From contig OZ024741.1 of the NCBI GenBank assembly GCA_964016885.1, positions 105,586,001 to 105,650,000 on the forward strand: a DNA stretch of 64,000 nt. The letters run 5' to 3'. Source of the stretch: Eledone cirrhosa. Taxonomy: Eukaryota. The notes beneath the pieces were generated by a model. That model made no database searches and was not told the origin of the DNA. It saw nothing but the letters and a program-made list of their open reading frames with translations. Of the stretch, positions 26,725-39,557 are shown one piece after another. Both the position numbers and the translations under genes were made by a program. Position 1 is the first letter of the stretch; each line of letters opens with the position of its first letter.

Positions 26725-26758
<34 letters not shown>

Positions 26759-26960
26759 CGTTTCTGAATTTGTTTAGCAAGATTCTTTATCTGAAATCGT
26801 GTGTTGAAACCGATATTGTTATACTTTGGGAGGGTCATGTTGCCAATAAGAAACACACGCACCAGTTGCTTTCACTTCAATTTATTATATATTTACAAAT
26901 TTATAAATTTATAAATTTGTTTGGTTGGTTGGTTCCACAACCAGATAGTTGTTTATATAT

Positions 26961-27005
26961 AGTCATAGTTCTTTCGTCACACACTCTGTGACCTCTTCAG
27001 TGACT
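26961..27005 (-). ncRNA. Minimal type-I hammerhead ribozyme in the sense 3' pLTR of the PLE
   Basis: Minus strand: agtca-CTGAAGA-g-gtcac(agagtgt)gtgac-GAAA-gaac-TA-tgact. Stems I and II are perfect 5 bp. Confidence 0.8.
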
Positions 27006-28913
27006 GGGGATTCCTTTCTTTGTTTCTGTGCCTCTCCTTTGTTCTGTCCTACGCCATTTTGTTTCTGTGTGTGTGTTGTGTGCTCAGTCTGCGCATGCGC
27101 CACATCCGGGTGTCTGTGTGTGTTTATGTTCATTTATTTATTTGTTTATTTACATGTTACTGGTTGGTTGTTTGTTCTATGTGTGTGTGTGTTTTCATTT
27201 TGTCCTTAATTGTAAGTTGTGATGTTGTTGTTCCACTCATATTTTCTATTTAATTTTGGTTGTAATTCTTTTATGTTTATTGCCTCTGTAATTTGTCTAA
27301 ACATTGCGTCTTTTCTGTGTGTAGATTCTATTTTTATTTCTATGTTCTCTAATTTACTCTTGTGTTCTATTTTAGCATGTTGGTAGAGTACAGATGATTC
27401 TTTATTATCTTGAAGGTCTCGCCAGTGTTCATTTATCCGTTCCCCTACACTACGAGCTGTCTCACCTATGTACACTATATTTTTGTCTCTACATTGTCCT
27501 TCAGTACATCTTATGCTATACACTACATTTCTAGTTTTACAGTTAATATGGGGGCTTATTTTACAGGTTATACATTTCTTATCTATACATGAGGGTCTTT
27601 GAAAAGGGTATGTCTTGCTAATAAGTGTTTTTACGGAGGTACCTGGTCTTTCTACTATCTTAATATTGAGTTTATGTTTATTTAGGACCCTTCTAAATTT
27701 GTAAGCTAATTCACCTCTAGGGGTTGTATTGATGAACATTACACTCTGGTATTTATTGCTATCATACCATGAGTTTATTCTATTAGCCTTGTTCCTAGTT
27801 CTTTCTATTCTATTCCAAAATTTGCTCCTATACAAGGGGCAGGTCCCATTTATGTCATTATTTACCATTTTTTCCTATTTGGTTCTGGCTCCTCTATACA
27901 CTTTGATTTTATCTCTCTGATTGTAGCCAGAGAACTGCATACGGTGGATGAAGTGTTGTATGTGTCTCTCTAGTTCTTCGGGGTGGAACATGCGGGACAC
28001 ATTTCTCATCACCCGTACCAAATCCGCAATCAGTATGTTGATTTTGGTATGGTCCGAAATGGCCGAGTTTCGGTGGATCAGATGTTTGGAAGTCATGGGT
28101 TTGGCATAATGGGAATGGAGGATTTGTTTTTTGTTAATGGTATCTAACCAGAGCTCTGTGTCTAGTACAGGTAATCGATGGTTGGGGTGTTTACTTGGGT
28201 AGTCTATAGTAACTCTAATGCTCTGGTGGATGGAGTTTGCTATTTGCTGGATGCTTTCCATTGTGTTTTTCTCTAGTTCCTGACTGTTCTCTAGTGGGGG
28301 TGTCTTAACTACGATGTTTATATCATCTACGTAGCGGGAGTACATTATCAGGGTTAAGGGGTCTTCTAATTGTTCTTTAAGTTTAAGTCTACTGTCCCAC
28401 CATACCATGAATAAGTTAGCTATGTCGCCTGCAATGTTAACACCAATGGCTGCTCCTTCCTCTTGGGCATATGTTTTTCCATTAAATTTGAACATATGTT
28501 CCTTAAGGGTTAATTTTATGCTGGCCCCTACCGCATGTGCAATCATTTTCTTCAGTTCATCGTGGTTTTCGGGTGTCCGTATGGCTCTGGTCTACCCGTT
28601 CTATCTATCTGTGTGGGTTTTCTTGGCCATTGAGGTAATGGTAGGTGGTTTGCCTCTTGCTGGTCTTGTAGGGCACAGGTTGCTAAGGTCATATGTGTCT
28701 AGGTAACTATTACTATAGATAAGCTTACACACACACACATAGAACAAACAACCAACCAGTAACATGTAAATAAACAAATAAATAAATGAACATAAACACA
28801 CACAGACACCCGGATGTGGCGCATGCGCAGACTGAGCACACAACACACACACAGAAACAAAATGGCGTAGGACAGAACAAAGGAGAGGCACAGAAACAAA
28901 GAAAGGAATCCCC

Positions 28914-28958
28914 AGTCACTGAAGAGGTCACAGAGTGTGTGACGAAAGAACTATGACT
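28914..28958 (+). ncRNA. Same hammerhead in the inverted 5' pLTR
   Basis: agtcaCTGAAGAggtcacagagtgtgtgacGAAAgaacTAtgact read directly. Confidence 0.8.
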
Positions 28959-29174
28959 ATATATAAACAACTATCTGGTTGTGGAACCAACCAACCAACC
29001 AGAAATTTATAAATTTATAAATTTGTAAATATATCATAAATTGAAGTGAAAGCAACTGGTGCGTGTGTTTCTTATTGGCAACATGACCCTCCCAAAGTAT
29101 AACAATATATATATATATATATATACATATATATATACACATACATATATACAATTATATATACATATATATAT

Positions 29175-29219
<45 letters not shown>

Positions 29220-29389
29220 CATATATATACACACACACACACATATACATATATACATATATATATATACACACACACACACACATATACATATACATAT
29301 ATATATAACAAGTTATCGTTATAGGTAATCCACTTAGAGGTAGTCCAGTTAGAATACTCCGTGTTGTGGAATGTCTATAAGTGCTCAAA

Positions 29390-30225
29390 GCCCTCTGCCA
29401 ATAGTGTTCTATAGAGGGTTAGTGGCAGGTAAAAGCAACAATGTTCTTGAGGTGACTCTGGGTGCTGATGAACATCAACTAGCCATTTATTTCTAACAAA
29501 CTTCGGTCCAGGGCCCATGGATAACTTCCAGAAATCTCTAGTCTAGTAGTGCTACTGGGGAGCATTACTAGTTCAAGATAAACTCTACAGGCATGGAAGT
29601 GACATCAGCTGAATCTGTCTGAGATGCATGCAGGGCAATGAAACCATCCTGCATATACTCAGTGAGTGTCCAAGTATTGTTGACTTGTGGTTTTATGTTG
29701 AACGCATGCTGTCACATGTAGAACAGATCCAGCTATCAGCTGAGTCCATCATGAAGATTGCCCCACAACCATCCTTTAGCTGGGAAAGACAGGCAGTTTT
29801 TATCTACCTGGTGGCCATGATGAGAGAGGATGTGTGGTGGACATATTTGAAAGGGTTGAAGACAAGCACTTTTCTCTTTGGCAAAGCCCTGATTAACTTT
29901 TTCAGGTTTCACTTGAAGAGGACCCCTTTAATATATAGAGAGAAGTGTTACCTTCCAACCAGTTTGTTAAAAGTGGGTGAGAGTAGTGAGCATGGTTGAA
30001 GTGAATGGGCCTGCTCAGAGTGTGTGCCTGTAAACTGGAGGAGGACAATTGGGAGAGGGCACTTGCCCTAGTGATCAGGGTGACTCTGGATTTTTATGTG
30101 TTTTTGCTATCTTTGACCCTCAGATGTCTGCTCTTATTGGGAAATTTGTTTTTGTTTGTTTGATTTTTAAATGATTATATTTTTTAGTTTTTGTTATAAC
30201 CTTTTTACACTAAAAAACCCATTAT
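29390..30225 (+). mobile_element. Degenerate L1/Tx1-type LINE 3' fragment
   Basis: CLRCMQGNETILHILSECP (CCHC finger typical of L1/Tx1 ORF2 ends). 3' part shared with 7965-8215. Confidence 0.65.
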
Positions 30226-30461
30226 TAGTAGTACTATTATTATTATTATTATTATCATTATTATTATTATTATTATATATGATTGTGGTTCTGTATCAGG
30301 ATAGTTGTTTGTCATGTTTTGTAAATTGAAATAAAGGTTAATGTTTGATCTTCAGAATAGACTGATTGATTTGTGTATATATGGCCTGGTCAGGCTGCAT
30401 CAATATACACCTACATTTTACTATGCACAGGGCAAAATGTATAATGTATATATATATATGT

Positions 30462-30860
30462 ATCATCATCTTCGTTTAACGTTCATCTTCCACTCTAGCA
30501 TGGGTTAGACGGGAGTTGTCCCACTTAAGGCAAGGTAGGTCGGGTGATCATGTCTCACTCATATAGGACTATCTGGCAGGTTTTCTACAGCTGGATGCCC
30601 TTCCTAACACCAACCACATTTACATTGTGGAACTGGGAACTTTTTACTGTGTTACCTACGCGACCACATTACAGCGTGGACTGTGTGTTTTTTTGTCGTG
30701 ACACCTACACGATCTTGATCTCATTTATTTGGACTGGATGTTGTGGTACCAACTTTACAGAGAGAGAGTGGTGTTAGTGGGAGTGGGAGGATAGGGTAGG
30801 GGTAGTGGATCGAGGTGTATATTTGGTTAAGAGGTGCCTACTGACTGTAGGTTTCACTTT
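30462..30860 (-). mobile_element. RTE 3' UTR fragment
   Basis: Reverse complement of 26030-26407. Confidence 0.85.
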
Positions 30861-30869
30861 ATATATATA

Positions 30870-31740
30870 CAGGGTGCGGACGATATTTGTTCGCAATTTT
30901 CAACTGCTAATTTTATTCAAATTTTTTTTACTTCCCTTGTCACTCTTGTCTTCATAAAAACAGTGACTATATTTCCATTATTTATTTTCAGAATAATTGA
31001 TTATGAATAATTTTGAACCTCCAAATTTTTGGAAGAGACACAGAGTTCTTCTTGGAATCCGCGCCGGGAGGACAAATAAGACCAGAAGATCAACTCCCAG
31101 AACAACAGGTGGCTCGCTGTCTCATCCAAAGACGTGCCCAGAGTCATGCAGACAAAGTTTCCAGCGACAACATTGGTCTTAGGTGTTGTCAGCAGTCAAG
31201 GTGACGTCATGCCACCTCACTTCTTCCCTGAGGGCCTCAAGCTGAACAGCGATGGCTACATCCGCGTTCTGAGCAAGGTAGTAAAGCCCTGGATCGGCCA
31301 GATAGCTGCAGGTAGGCCATACGTGTGGCAGCAAGACTCAGCGCCCTGCCATACCAGCCGAAAGACCCAAGACTGGCTGTCAGAGAACTTCGTCGACCAC
31401 ACTTCACCTGACATCTGGCCTCCCAGCTCGCCTGACTGCAACTTCTTTGTGTGGGGAGCAGTGGAACGAGACACCAACAGATCTAACTGCAATACGAAAG
31501 ACAATCTGAAGGCCAGGATCACAAGTGCCTTTAGGGGCCTAAGTCGGGGGACAGTGACGAAGGCCTGTAGCCGCCTTGAGGCCGTCATCAAAGCCAATGG
31601 TGGGTTTATCGAGTGAGATCGAAAGAACAAGTCATGAAGACAAACTGACCCAAGTTTGATAAATAAATCTTAAAAAATAAAACTACTGTGTTATTTTTTC
31701 CTAGACAGTAATGTTGCGAACAAATATTGTCCGCACCCTG
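30870..31740 (+). mobile_element. Internally deleted Tc1/mariner (maT/DD37D-like) with TIRs and TA TSD
   Basis: TIRs cagggtgcggacgatatttgttcgcaa / ttgcgaacaaatattgtccgcaccctg flanked by TA. ORF 31134-31616: WQQDSAPCH...WPPSSPDCN-FFVWG...VIKANGGFIE. Confidence 0.92.
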
Positions 31741-31754
31741 TATATATATATATA

Positions 31755-32040
31755 TACGACATGCCAAAAAGCACCCGGACCACCCTGTAAAGTGGTCATG
31801 TTGCTGATACGACAAAAAGTACACACCCCACCCTGTCAGTTGGTTGTTTTGGTACCACAATAAAAAGCACCCAGTCCACACTATAAATGTAGTTGATGTT
31901 AGGAAGGGATTCCAGATGTAGAAGCCAAGCCGGAAAGAGTTCTGTGTGAGTGAGATACAAACACCTGATCTGACTTGTCTCAGAGGGACAACTCATCTAA
32001 CCCATGCTACCATGGAAACGGATGATAAATGGTGATGATA
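31755..32040 (+). mobile_element. RTE-tail SINE-like fragment
   Basis: aaaagcacccagtccacact...aacccatgctaccatgga...tgatgat. Confidence 0.65.
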
Positions 32041-32871
32041 TATATATTTATATATATATATCATCAGCTTTTCAAAATGATGATTAGATTAATGTTCAGT
32101 CTTTAGAGTAGACTGGCTAATTCGTGTGTACAGCTTGGTCAGGTTGCATCTGTAGCAAAATTCAACACCGATAAGAGTTTTCTATTGTTTTTGAAATAAT
32201 GACATGATCAACACTGTCTTATAATCTCAGTGGATTCAACAATAGATAAAAATTTCTTTTGCTTGAGAAGATGAGCCAGTCACCAATACCTGGGTGGTTT
32301 GTATGTCATCGTTTGATTTACTGTCTTAGACATTAATATCTTATATAAAAGAAAATCTGAGGCTGTTTCTCTCTCTCTCTCTTTCTTTCTTGCTGGCTCT
32401 GCCAGCACATTTGGCAGGCCCAACCAGACATACCAAATGTTAATGATAGTTAGTAAAATAACATTTTCAATTCATTACTCAAATAATCTCAACCAACTCA
32501 ACATATAACAAGTACCATTTTATCAAAAGCATACTTTCCATTCCTTCAGACCTTTCTAGTTGTTTTCTTATTTATCACATGATTTTGTCGTAAATCATGC
32601 CTCAAAATATAAAAAAAGAGATAAATTAACACTTTGAGGTTTTGTTCATTTGTAAATATCATACAAATGTATTTGGGGAAAATCTTTAACTACTTATTCC
32701 ATCAACCATGGCAAGAATCACATCTACAATTCTCCCAATTCAATGGAGGACACACCCTTCACTCACTCACCATGGACTCAATCACTCATTCATTTCACCT
32801 TACAATGAACAAACAAACTCTCCACTAAATGTCTTTTTATACCCAATATTTTAGTATGCATAGGTATAATA

Positions 32872-33230
32872 GATATCATCATCATTGTTGTCATTTTAAC
32901 ATATGCTTTCCCTGCTAGCAATCTTTGGACAGGTCGACACAGAATGAGTCTGTACTGAAGCAGAGCCACTGATCTTCCAAACAAGCCAGGGATCTGTCTT
33001 GCTTATGTATGGTCCCACGTTCCATCGAATGCTCAGTAGAGATTGTCATGCCTTTGACACAACGAAGTTGCCTTCTTACCCTTTGTCTGGAAAGTTTTCT
33101 ATGGTCTGGATGCCCTTCCTATCACTAACCACTTTACAGTGTGTACTGTGTGAGTTTATCATGTAGATCACCAACACTAAGGAGGCTGTCATGTTCATGA
33201 TATGACTGAAGGGTCCTCCTGACCCTTTGT
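32872..33230 (-). mobile_element. RTE-tail repeat family (second copy at 50112-50525)
   Basis: Shared ccagggatctgt...gttccatc...ttgtcatgcctttg and agatcaccaa.acta.ggaggctgtcatg. Confidence 0.65.
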
Positions 33231-33394
33231 TTGTTTACTTGGTTATATATATATATTAATTTTAATGAACCAGACAATTGAATTTTGTCGAAGAATGATG
33301 TACTTACACATGGAAATTCTATAAAATAGCTTATATACAGGGTGTCCCAAAATGATGGGGAACATTTTAAATGCAAGTATCTTGGGATTACAAT

Positions 33395-33578
33395 GATTGT
33401 TTCTACTTTTGGCACAAGACCAGCAATTTGAATGGAAAGGGAAAGTCCATTAAATCAACCCCATAAGGATGAAAGGTAAAGCTAATCTCAATGGGATTTG
33501 AACTCAGACTATAAAGGGCCATAACTATATACTGCAAAGTATTTTCTGATGCTCTACTTCCAGTCTACTGCCGTCCCA
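33395..33578 (-). mobile_element. Family-1 SINE
   Basis: Same consensus as 5088-5275, reversed. Confidence 0.75.
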
Positions 33579-35779
33579 TCATTACATATATATAGAATGA
33601 ATGGGTGTGGAATTTTGCAGTGGATGTGCAACATAAACTTTTTAAATCTGGAGGCTGGGATGATCCGATATGAATTTGGTTCTTCAGAAAATACTGCAAC
33701 ATGGCATTTTTTACAGGACTTCCATGTAGAGGATTATTATATCTTGGAAAATATACACACATTAAATATACATACATGAAATATACACACATGACGTACA
33801 ATTTACATTGCACAATACAGTTATGTATATATCACCACTACCATACTAGTCGATACATCAATCTTCCATGATCAAGTGACCCTCTGAAACGATTGTAAAA
33901 CAATGTACTAATTAACTACTTACCTCTGACTTCTGTCTTGTTTTCATTATTCTACACACAAACACATATATTTAAATGACTTTATAACCTGGGCAGATTC
34001 GTCTTTTAGAAAACCTTAAACAGTGGTCAAATACTACAAAAACTACTAGTCACATCACAAATCTTTCCGTAACCATCTTTCCAAGGACACACTGAGTTCT
34101 AACAGGTGGAATATAAATATATATTATAAAGTGGTCGTGTAGGAGTCATGACAAAAGCACCCAGCCCACACTGTAAAGTGGCCATGTAGGAGTCACAACA
34201 AAAAGCACCCACCATACACTGTAAATTTGGTTGGCATTAGAAAAGGCATCCAGCTGTAGAATTCTAGCCAGAAACAGTTCTATATGAGCAAGACACGGTC
34301 ACCTGACCCAACTTGCCTCAAATGAGACAACCTGTCTACTCTATACTAGAGAAGGCTTTGAAACTTTAGATAGCATGCAACTGTGTTGAGAATTTATTTA
34401 TAATAATATACTTTAGCTCTGTACTTAACACAGTGATCTTTTTTTTTCATCTAGTCTACAGAAACCCTTGACACTATACACACACACACACGCATATATA
34501 CATACACACTTACACAGATGGATGGACAGGTAGATTGAGTGAGTGGGAGAAAGTTGGTTGGAAGAGGTAAAAAACAACAAACAGGAAAATATGAGAGCAA
34601 CGATTAACATTAAAGAAAGTATGCAAATGTTTCATAGACACCCCATCTCATACATTCACAAACATACATATATATATATATGTACACAGAGACACACATA
34701 ATAGCAATAAAATCTGTTAAGTGGTTATATATATATATTATTACATAGTGAGAGTAACATTGAGATGAGCAAACACTTTTTATTTCTTTCACGGTTACAA
34801 CTTTCTATATTTCATGAGAGAGAAAGAGAGATATATTATAGGATAGAGAGATCAGATGAATGGAGGGGGAGAGAAGAGATGAAGAGAGGGGGAGATAAAA
34901 AATAAGGGGAGGGGGAGATGAAGGGAGGGAGAGAGAGAAGAGATGGATGGAAGAAGAGAGATGGAGAAAGAAAGGTAGAGAGAGAGGTACATAGATAGGT
35001 ATGTAGGTAGATAGAAAGACATAGATAGGTAGACACACGCACAATATATATATATAGAAACAAAGTTATTTCAAATATCGAGTTTGAAGCACGAGTGTAT
35101 TAGAATTTGTAGACTAATGGGAAGAACTCAACACAAGGGTGCTGTTAAAACAGCAAAATGCCGTCAATGACAACTCAAAGGCTAGAAATCAGTGGTTAGA
35201 AGTGTGCTGGCCCGCAGATGTGATAGGAAAAAAGGAGAAAAGGAAGAAAATGGACGAAAGAGGATCACACAAACATTTAAATACACTCATCAGCTTTTAG
35301 ACCACCTGTGGTTTGACGATTTAACTAGGAGTACCAAGTAAAATAGACGGCTCGTGCAATGGAGAAATAAACATCTCTGTTGGTATGATGTTTGTATGAG
35401 GAACGGACAGATTAGATAGACAGACAGACACATATATACATATAAAAATGAGAAACTCATCACAAAATAGCCGTTAAAACAGCTAAATGCTGTCAAACTG
35501 TGATGGGCACAAAAATGCCTCAGAGGACAGGGATATGAAATATAGAAAAGATTGAAAGAAGAGGAGGACAAGGAGAAGTGTGCTGGCGTGCAGAAGTACT
35601 CTGGAAGAAAAAAATAAAGAAAGGTGATGTGCAAAACAAGAAGTTTACACTCACACATCTTCACCCTCATCAGCTCTCAAACCTGCAAATGGTTTCGCAC
35701 AATTTAATTGAGGATACCATTTTAAAATGCTGGATCATGCAACAGAAAAATAAATCTTTCTGCTGGTATGATGTGTGTG

Positions 35780-36130
35780 CCCAGTTCATGGATGTTATCC
35801 AACTATCTTGCTTGGGGTCTACCCCCTGGGTCTCCTGCCAGTTGGTTTTGCCCATAAAATCTGTCAAGCGATTCTTTCCAGAGACATTCTAACTGCTTGC
35901 CCACAGTATCAGAGATTTGATCTCTCAATTCCGAGAAGTAGCAGCTCTAGCTAGAGTGACTCTCTGATCTCTGAGCTACACACACATCGTGTAACGTCAC
36001 TCAAAAGTCCCTTCGGAGAAACCCCATTTCAGCCACTTTTATTCATGATCATATTCTTTCGGTCTTTACCATAGGTCAGGGATAGCAAAAATACTGAAAT
36101 CAAAATAGTGAGTTTGGTTTTCACAACTAT
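35780..36130 (-). mobile_element. Degenerate fragment of a second RTE family
   Basis: Minus strand reads AEMGFLRR...IERSNL...VRM...KPTGRRPRGRP. Confidence 0.6.
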
Positions 36131-36181
36131 CCCCCTTCTGATTATATATAAAAGTGGATTAAAACAAAATTTATTTCAATC

Positions 36182-36212
<31 letters not shown>

Positions 36213-36214
36213 TA

Positions 36215-37278
36215 TAAACTATGGTTACATAAGAGATGTAGTTGGATCTCAGGAAGTTTAGCTAAAAATGTAGGTTTTACATGTAGCCGCTGCACCAGGG
36301 CAGTAAGCAGCAAACGACCACAGGAAATAAGTGCTTTCAAATTCCTGGAAGGTTCGGTAGATGCAGTAGACAGATTCTGCTACTGGGGTGACCAAATTAG
36401 CAGCGGAGGAAGGTGTTCGGAAAGTACAATAACTAGGGTAAGAATGGGATGGAAGAAGTTCAGGGAGCTACTGCCACTGCTAGCTGCAAAAGGCTTTTCC
36501 CTCAAAATGAAAGGCAGACTGTATGATGCGTGCATATGAACAGCAATGTTGCATAGTAGTGAGACCTGGGCGCTGTGTGCAGAGGATTGCATGGATTGGA
36601 AAAAATTGAAGCCTGTATGTCCATTGGATGTGTAATAGTAATATATGTGAACAGCAAAGCATAAACAAACAGAGAGAAACTAGGCATATTAGGAATCGGA
36701 TGCAGTGGGCAGGAGAGGAGACTGAGTTGGTATGGACAAGTGATGCGTATGAAGGATGACAGCTGTATAAAAAGTGCTCAAAGTCGATCAAAGCTGCAGA
36801 GTGGGGAGACCCAGGAAGACTTGGGATGAGGTGATGAAAGCTGACCTTGCTCAATTGCACCTCTCAAAGACGATGACATAGGACCAGGGATCTATGGCAT
36901 TAGGCAGTAATACAGAAGACCTGCCTTCCCTTAAGCACAGGCTGAAACTGAAGCATTCATATATATTGTATGCACCACCCAACTCCACCCACCCATGCAT
37001 CTCTCATAAGTATAGGCTGTAGCATAAATCCAGTGAAGCCTCCTGCCCACACTGTAAAGTGGTCGTGTAGGAGTCACAACAAAAAGCACCCAACACACAC
37101 ACACTGTAAATGTGGTTGGCATTAGGAAGGGCATCAAGACATAGAAACCAAGCCAGAAACAGTTCTGTGTGAGCAAGACATGGTCATCTGACCCAACTTG
37201 TCTCAAACAGGACAACGCATCTAACCTATGATAGCGTGGAAAAATGGACATTGAAAAGTGATGATAATGATGATGATA
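36215..37278 (+). mobile_element. Degenerate RTE 3' fragment with UTR and tail
   Basis: WLHKRCS...RVRMGWKKFRELLPLLAAKGFSLKMKGRLYDAC; (GAT)n end. Confidence 0.88.
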
Positions 37279-37475
37279 AACACACACACATATACATACA
37301 TATATACACACACATATATGCATATATACATACACACATATATAGATACACATATACATATATATATAGACATACATACATATGTATGTAAAAGGTAAAC
37401 AGAAAAAACAACAATATCAATATAGTATATGGAAGGAATATATTAGTTTAACGCTTGAAATAGCAGGAAGAGGGA

Positions 37476-37509
37476 CTTAACGTTTCGGACGCTAGTCTTT
37501 CATCAAAAG
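37476..37509 (-). ncRNA. Decayed ultra-minimal hammerhead motif
   Basis: Minus: ctt-TTGATGA-a-agac(tagc)gtcc-GAAAC-GTT-aag. A related decayed copy lies at 59226-59258 (+). Confidence 0.45.
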
Positions 37510-37770
37510 AAAGAATGAGAAATTAGAAAGATTGAAGGGACGGGCAGGGCGGAATCGGAAAAAATGTTTTTGAAGAAAAATAACAGGTCCATTCATCTCA
37601 CATACCAAAATCAGTTCCGTGTGAGTGAATTCACAGTCCCCTGATCTGATCCTTCACAAAGCGATAGCCCGTCATACACATGCTAGCATGGAAGATGGAC
37701 GCTGAGGTGATACATATATACATATACTTATCCACGCCTCCTGTGTTTTGTTTTGTTTCATTTATTAACT

Positions 37771-37808
<38 letters not shown>

Positions 37809-38374
37809 ATAAGAGAGAGAGAGAGGAGGGCAGAGAGAGGGAGACAGAGAGAGAGAGGGAGAGAGAGAGAAATAGACTAAACATACAGCTATATAGTTAA
37901 AGATAGAGAATCAATATATTGAGTGAAGCATTACAATAACAATGATTTTCCACTTAGTGAATTAAGGGTGGGTGTTAACAGATGCCACCCTCTATAGATG
38001 GTTTGTTTTGTATATGGTATGCATCCAGGATATGTGTCTACCAGCAGGGAGTTGTCTGGTTGTGGAATTGGACAAAAGAAAATATAGTCTATCCAATTTT
38101 GCTCTGCTTCCTTCTTCTTTATGTCCCTATTATATATATATATCATCATCATATATATATATATAAATGTAAGTATGTATACGTACATACATATATGTAT
38201 ACAGACGTACGGTAGTATGTACATACATACATGCACATATATATATATGTACGTATGGGTTTACTGAACATTTATTATAATGCTCGGTTTGTTTGTAAAC
38301 AAACAGCCCAAATTATTAGCCGTACAGTGTTCGACAACCATCGCTGCCCTATTTCTTCAACACTGACAAAGGAA

Positions 38375-38415
38375 CGATGAACTAGTTTCTAGTTTATTAA
38401 CTGTCATCAACACTG
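38375..38415 (-). ncRNA. Decayed minimal hammerhead motif
   Basis: Minus: cagtg-TTGATGA-c-agtt(aata)aact-a-GAAAC-TA-GTT-catcg, with palindromic ACTAGT. Confidence 0.45.
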
Positions 38416-38581
38416 TATACCTTCCTGTCAGTTGATTGAACATTTGAAAGTATATACTTCATATTAACGGCTGAGCAGCCTAATTTGCATATCGAGTGAG
38501 TTAGTCGGCCAAGCATACCGAAAACGATAAATGTAAAGTATCAGCCATACTAAGAGTGAGAAATGAAATTTCATTTTTTCC

Positions 38582-38628
<47 letters not shown>

Positions 38629-38635
38629 GAGAGAG

Positions 38636-38922
38636 AGTAAAGACCCCTTCGGTCATGAATGACCATGGGGATTTCCACCTAGAAAGTTCCCTTCTGAGAC
38701 ACAAGCCTGGGTAAGGTGTGTTTGTGGAAGATCTGCAATTACCCATACCAGTCTCTCCTCACCATACCACTGCTGTTGTCCAACCAAGGGAAAGGCCGAT
38801 ACAGCTTGGCACCAGTGACGATGCAACTCATTTCTACAGCTGAGTAAACTGAAGTAATGTGAAATAAAGTGTCTTGCTCAAGGACACAGCACATCGCTCA
38901 ATCTGAGAATTGAACTCACACT
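38636..38922 (-). mobile_element. CORE-like SINE, alternative 3' tail
   Basis: Core ccttgagcaagacactttatttcacatt...actcagctgtagaaatgag is shared with 38968-39306, but the tail differs. Confidence 0.75.
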
Positions 38923-38967
38923 TCCCAATATATGTATATATATGTATATGTGTGTGTGTATATATAT

Positions 38968-39303
38968 ATCATCATTTCATTTTACGTCCACTTTTCCCCG
39001 CATGCAAGGGTGGGACGGGAACTGATTCTGGCTTGATTTCTACAGCTGGATGCCCTTCCTAACACCAACCTCATTTACAGTGAGTGCTGGGTGCTTTTTT
39101 TTCAGTGGCACCTCCACGACCACTTTACAGTGGAGTGATAGGGACCCCAGTCCCTATCATCTCATTTCTACAGCTGAGTAAACTGGAGCAATGTGAAATA
39201 AAGAGTCTTGCTCAAGGAAACAATACATCACCCGGTCTGAGAATTGAACTCGCAACCTTTCGATTGCAAGGCCAATGCTCTAACCACTAAGCCATGTGCC
39301 TCC

Positions 39304-39306
<3 letters not shown>
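38968..39306 (-). mobile_element. Full-length tRNA-derived CORE-like SINE with RTE-derived tail (family 2)
   Basis: Head ggaggcacatggcttagtggttagagc (A box), gagttcaattc (B box), core, then ggtgttaggaagggcatccagc and a tgatga tail. Confidence 0.85.
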
Positions 39307-39345
<39 letters not shown>

Positions 39346-39374
39346 GTATATATATGTATATATATATATGTATG

Positions 39375-39405
<31 letters not shown>

Positions 39406-39441
39406 GTATATATATATATGTGTGTATGTAGATATATGTAT

Positions 39442-39506
<65 letters not shown>

Positions 39507-39557
39507 CATATATATATATATATGTATGTACATATATATATATGTATGTACATATAT

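Larger units (their letters stand above)
26757..29108 (-). mobile_element. Penelope-like element copy 2 with inverted pseudo-LTRs (26813-27192 and 28727-29108)
   Basis: ORFs 27875-28546 (RT, YSRYVDD) and 27206-27868 (GIY-YIG, ...RQITEAINIKELQPKLN), separated by one stop. Near-identical ~380-bp inverted termini; TA arrays on both sides. Confidence 0.93.

Noticed and set aside
33336-33380. TA-cagggtgtcccaaaa Tc1/mariner-like terminus
   Set aside because: Solo end with no partner TIR or transposase remnant found.
39240-39306. tRNA-like sequences (also 5090-5180 and 55810-55880)
   Set aside because: A/B boxes belong to SINE heads followed by SINE bodies; no complete cloverleaf.
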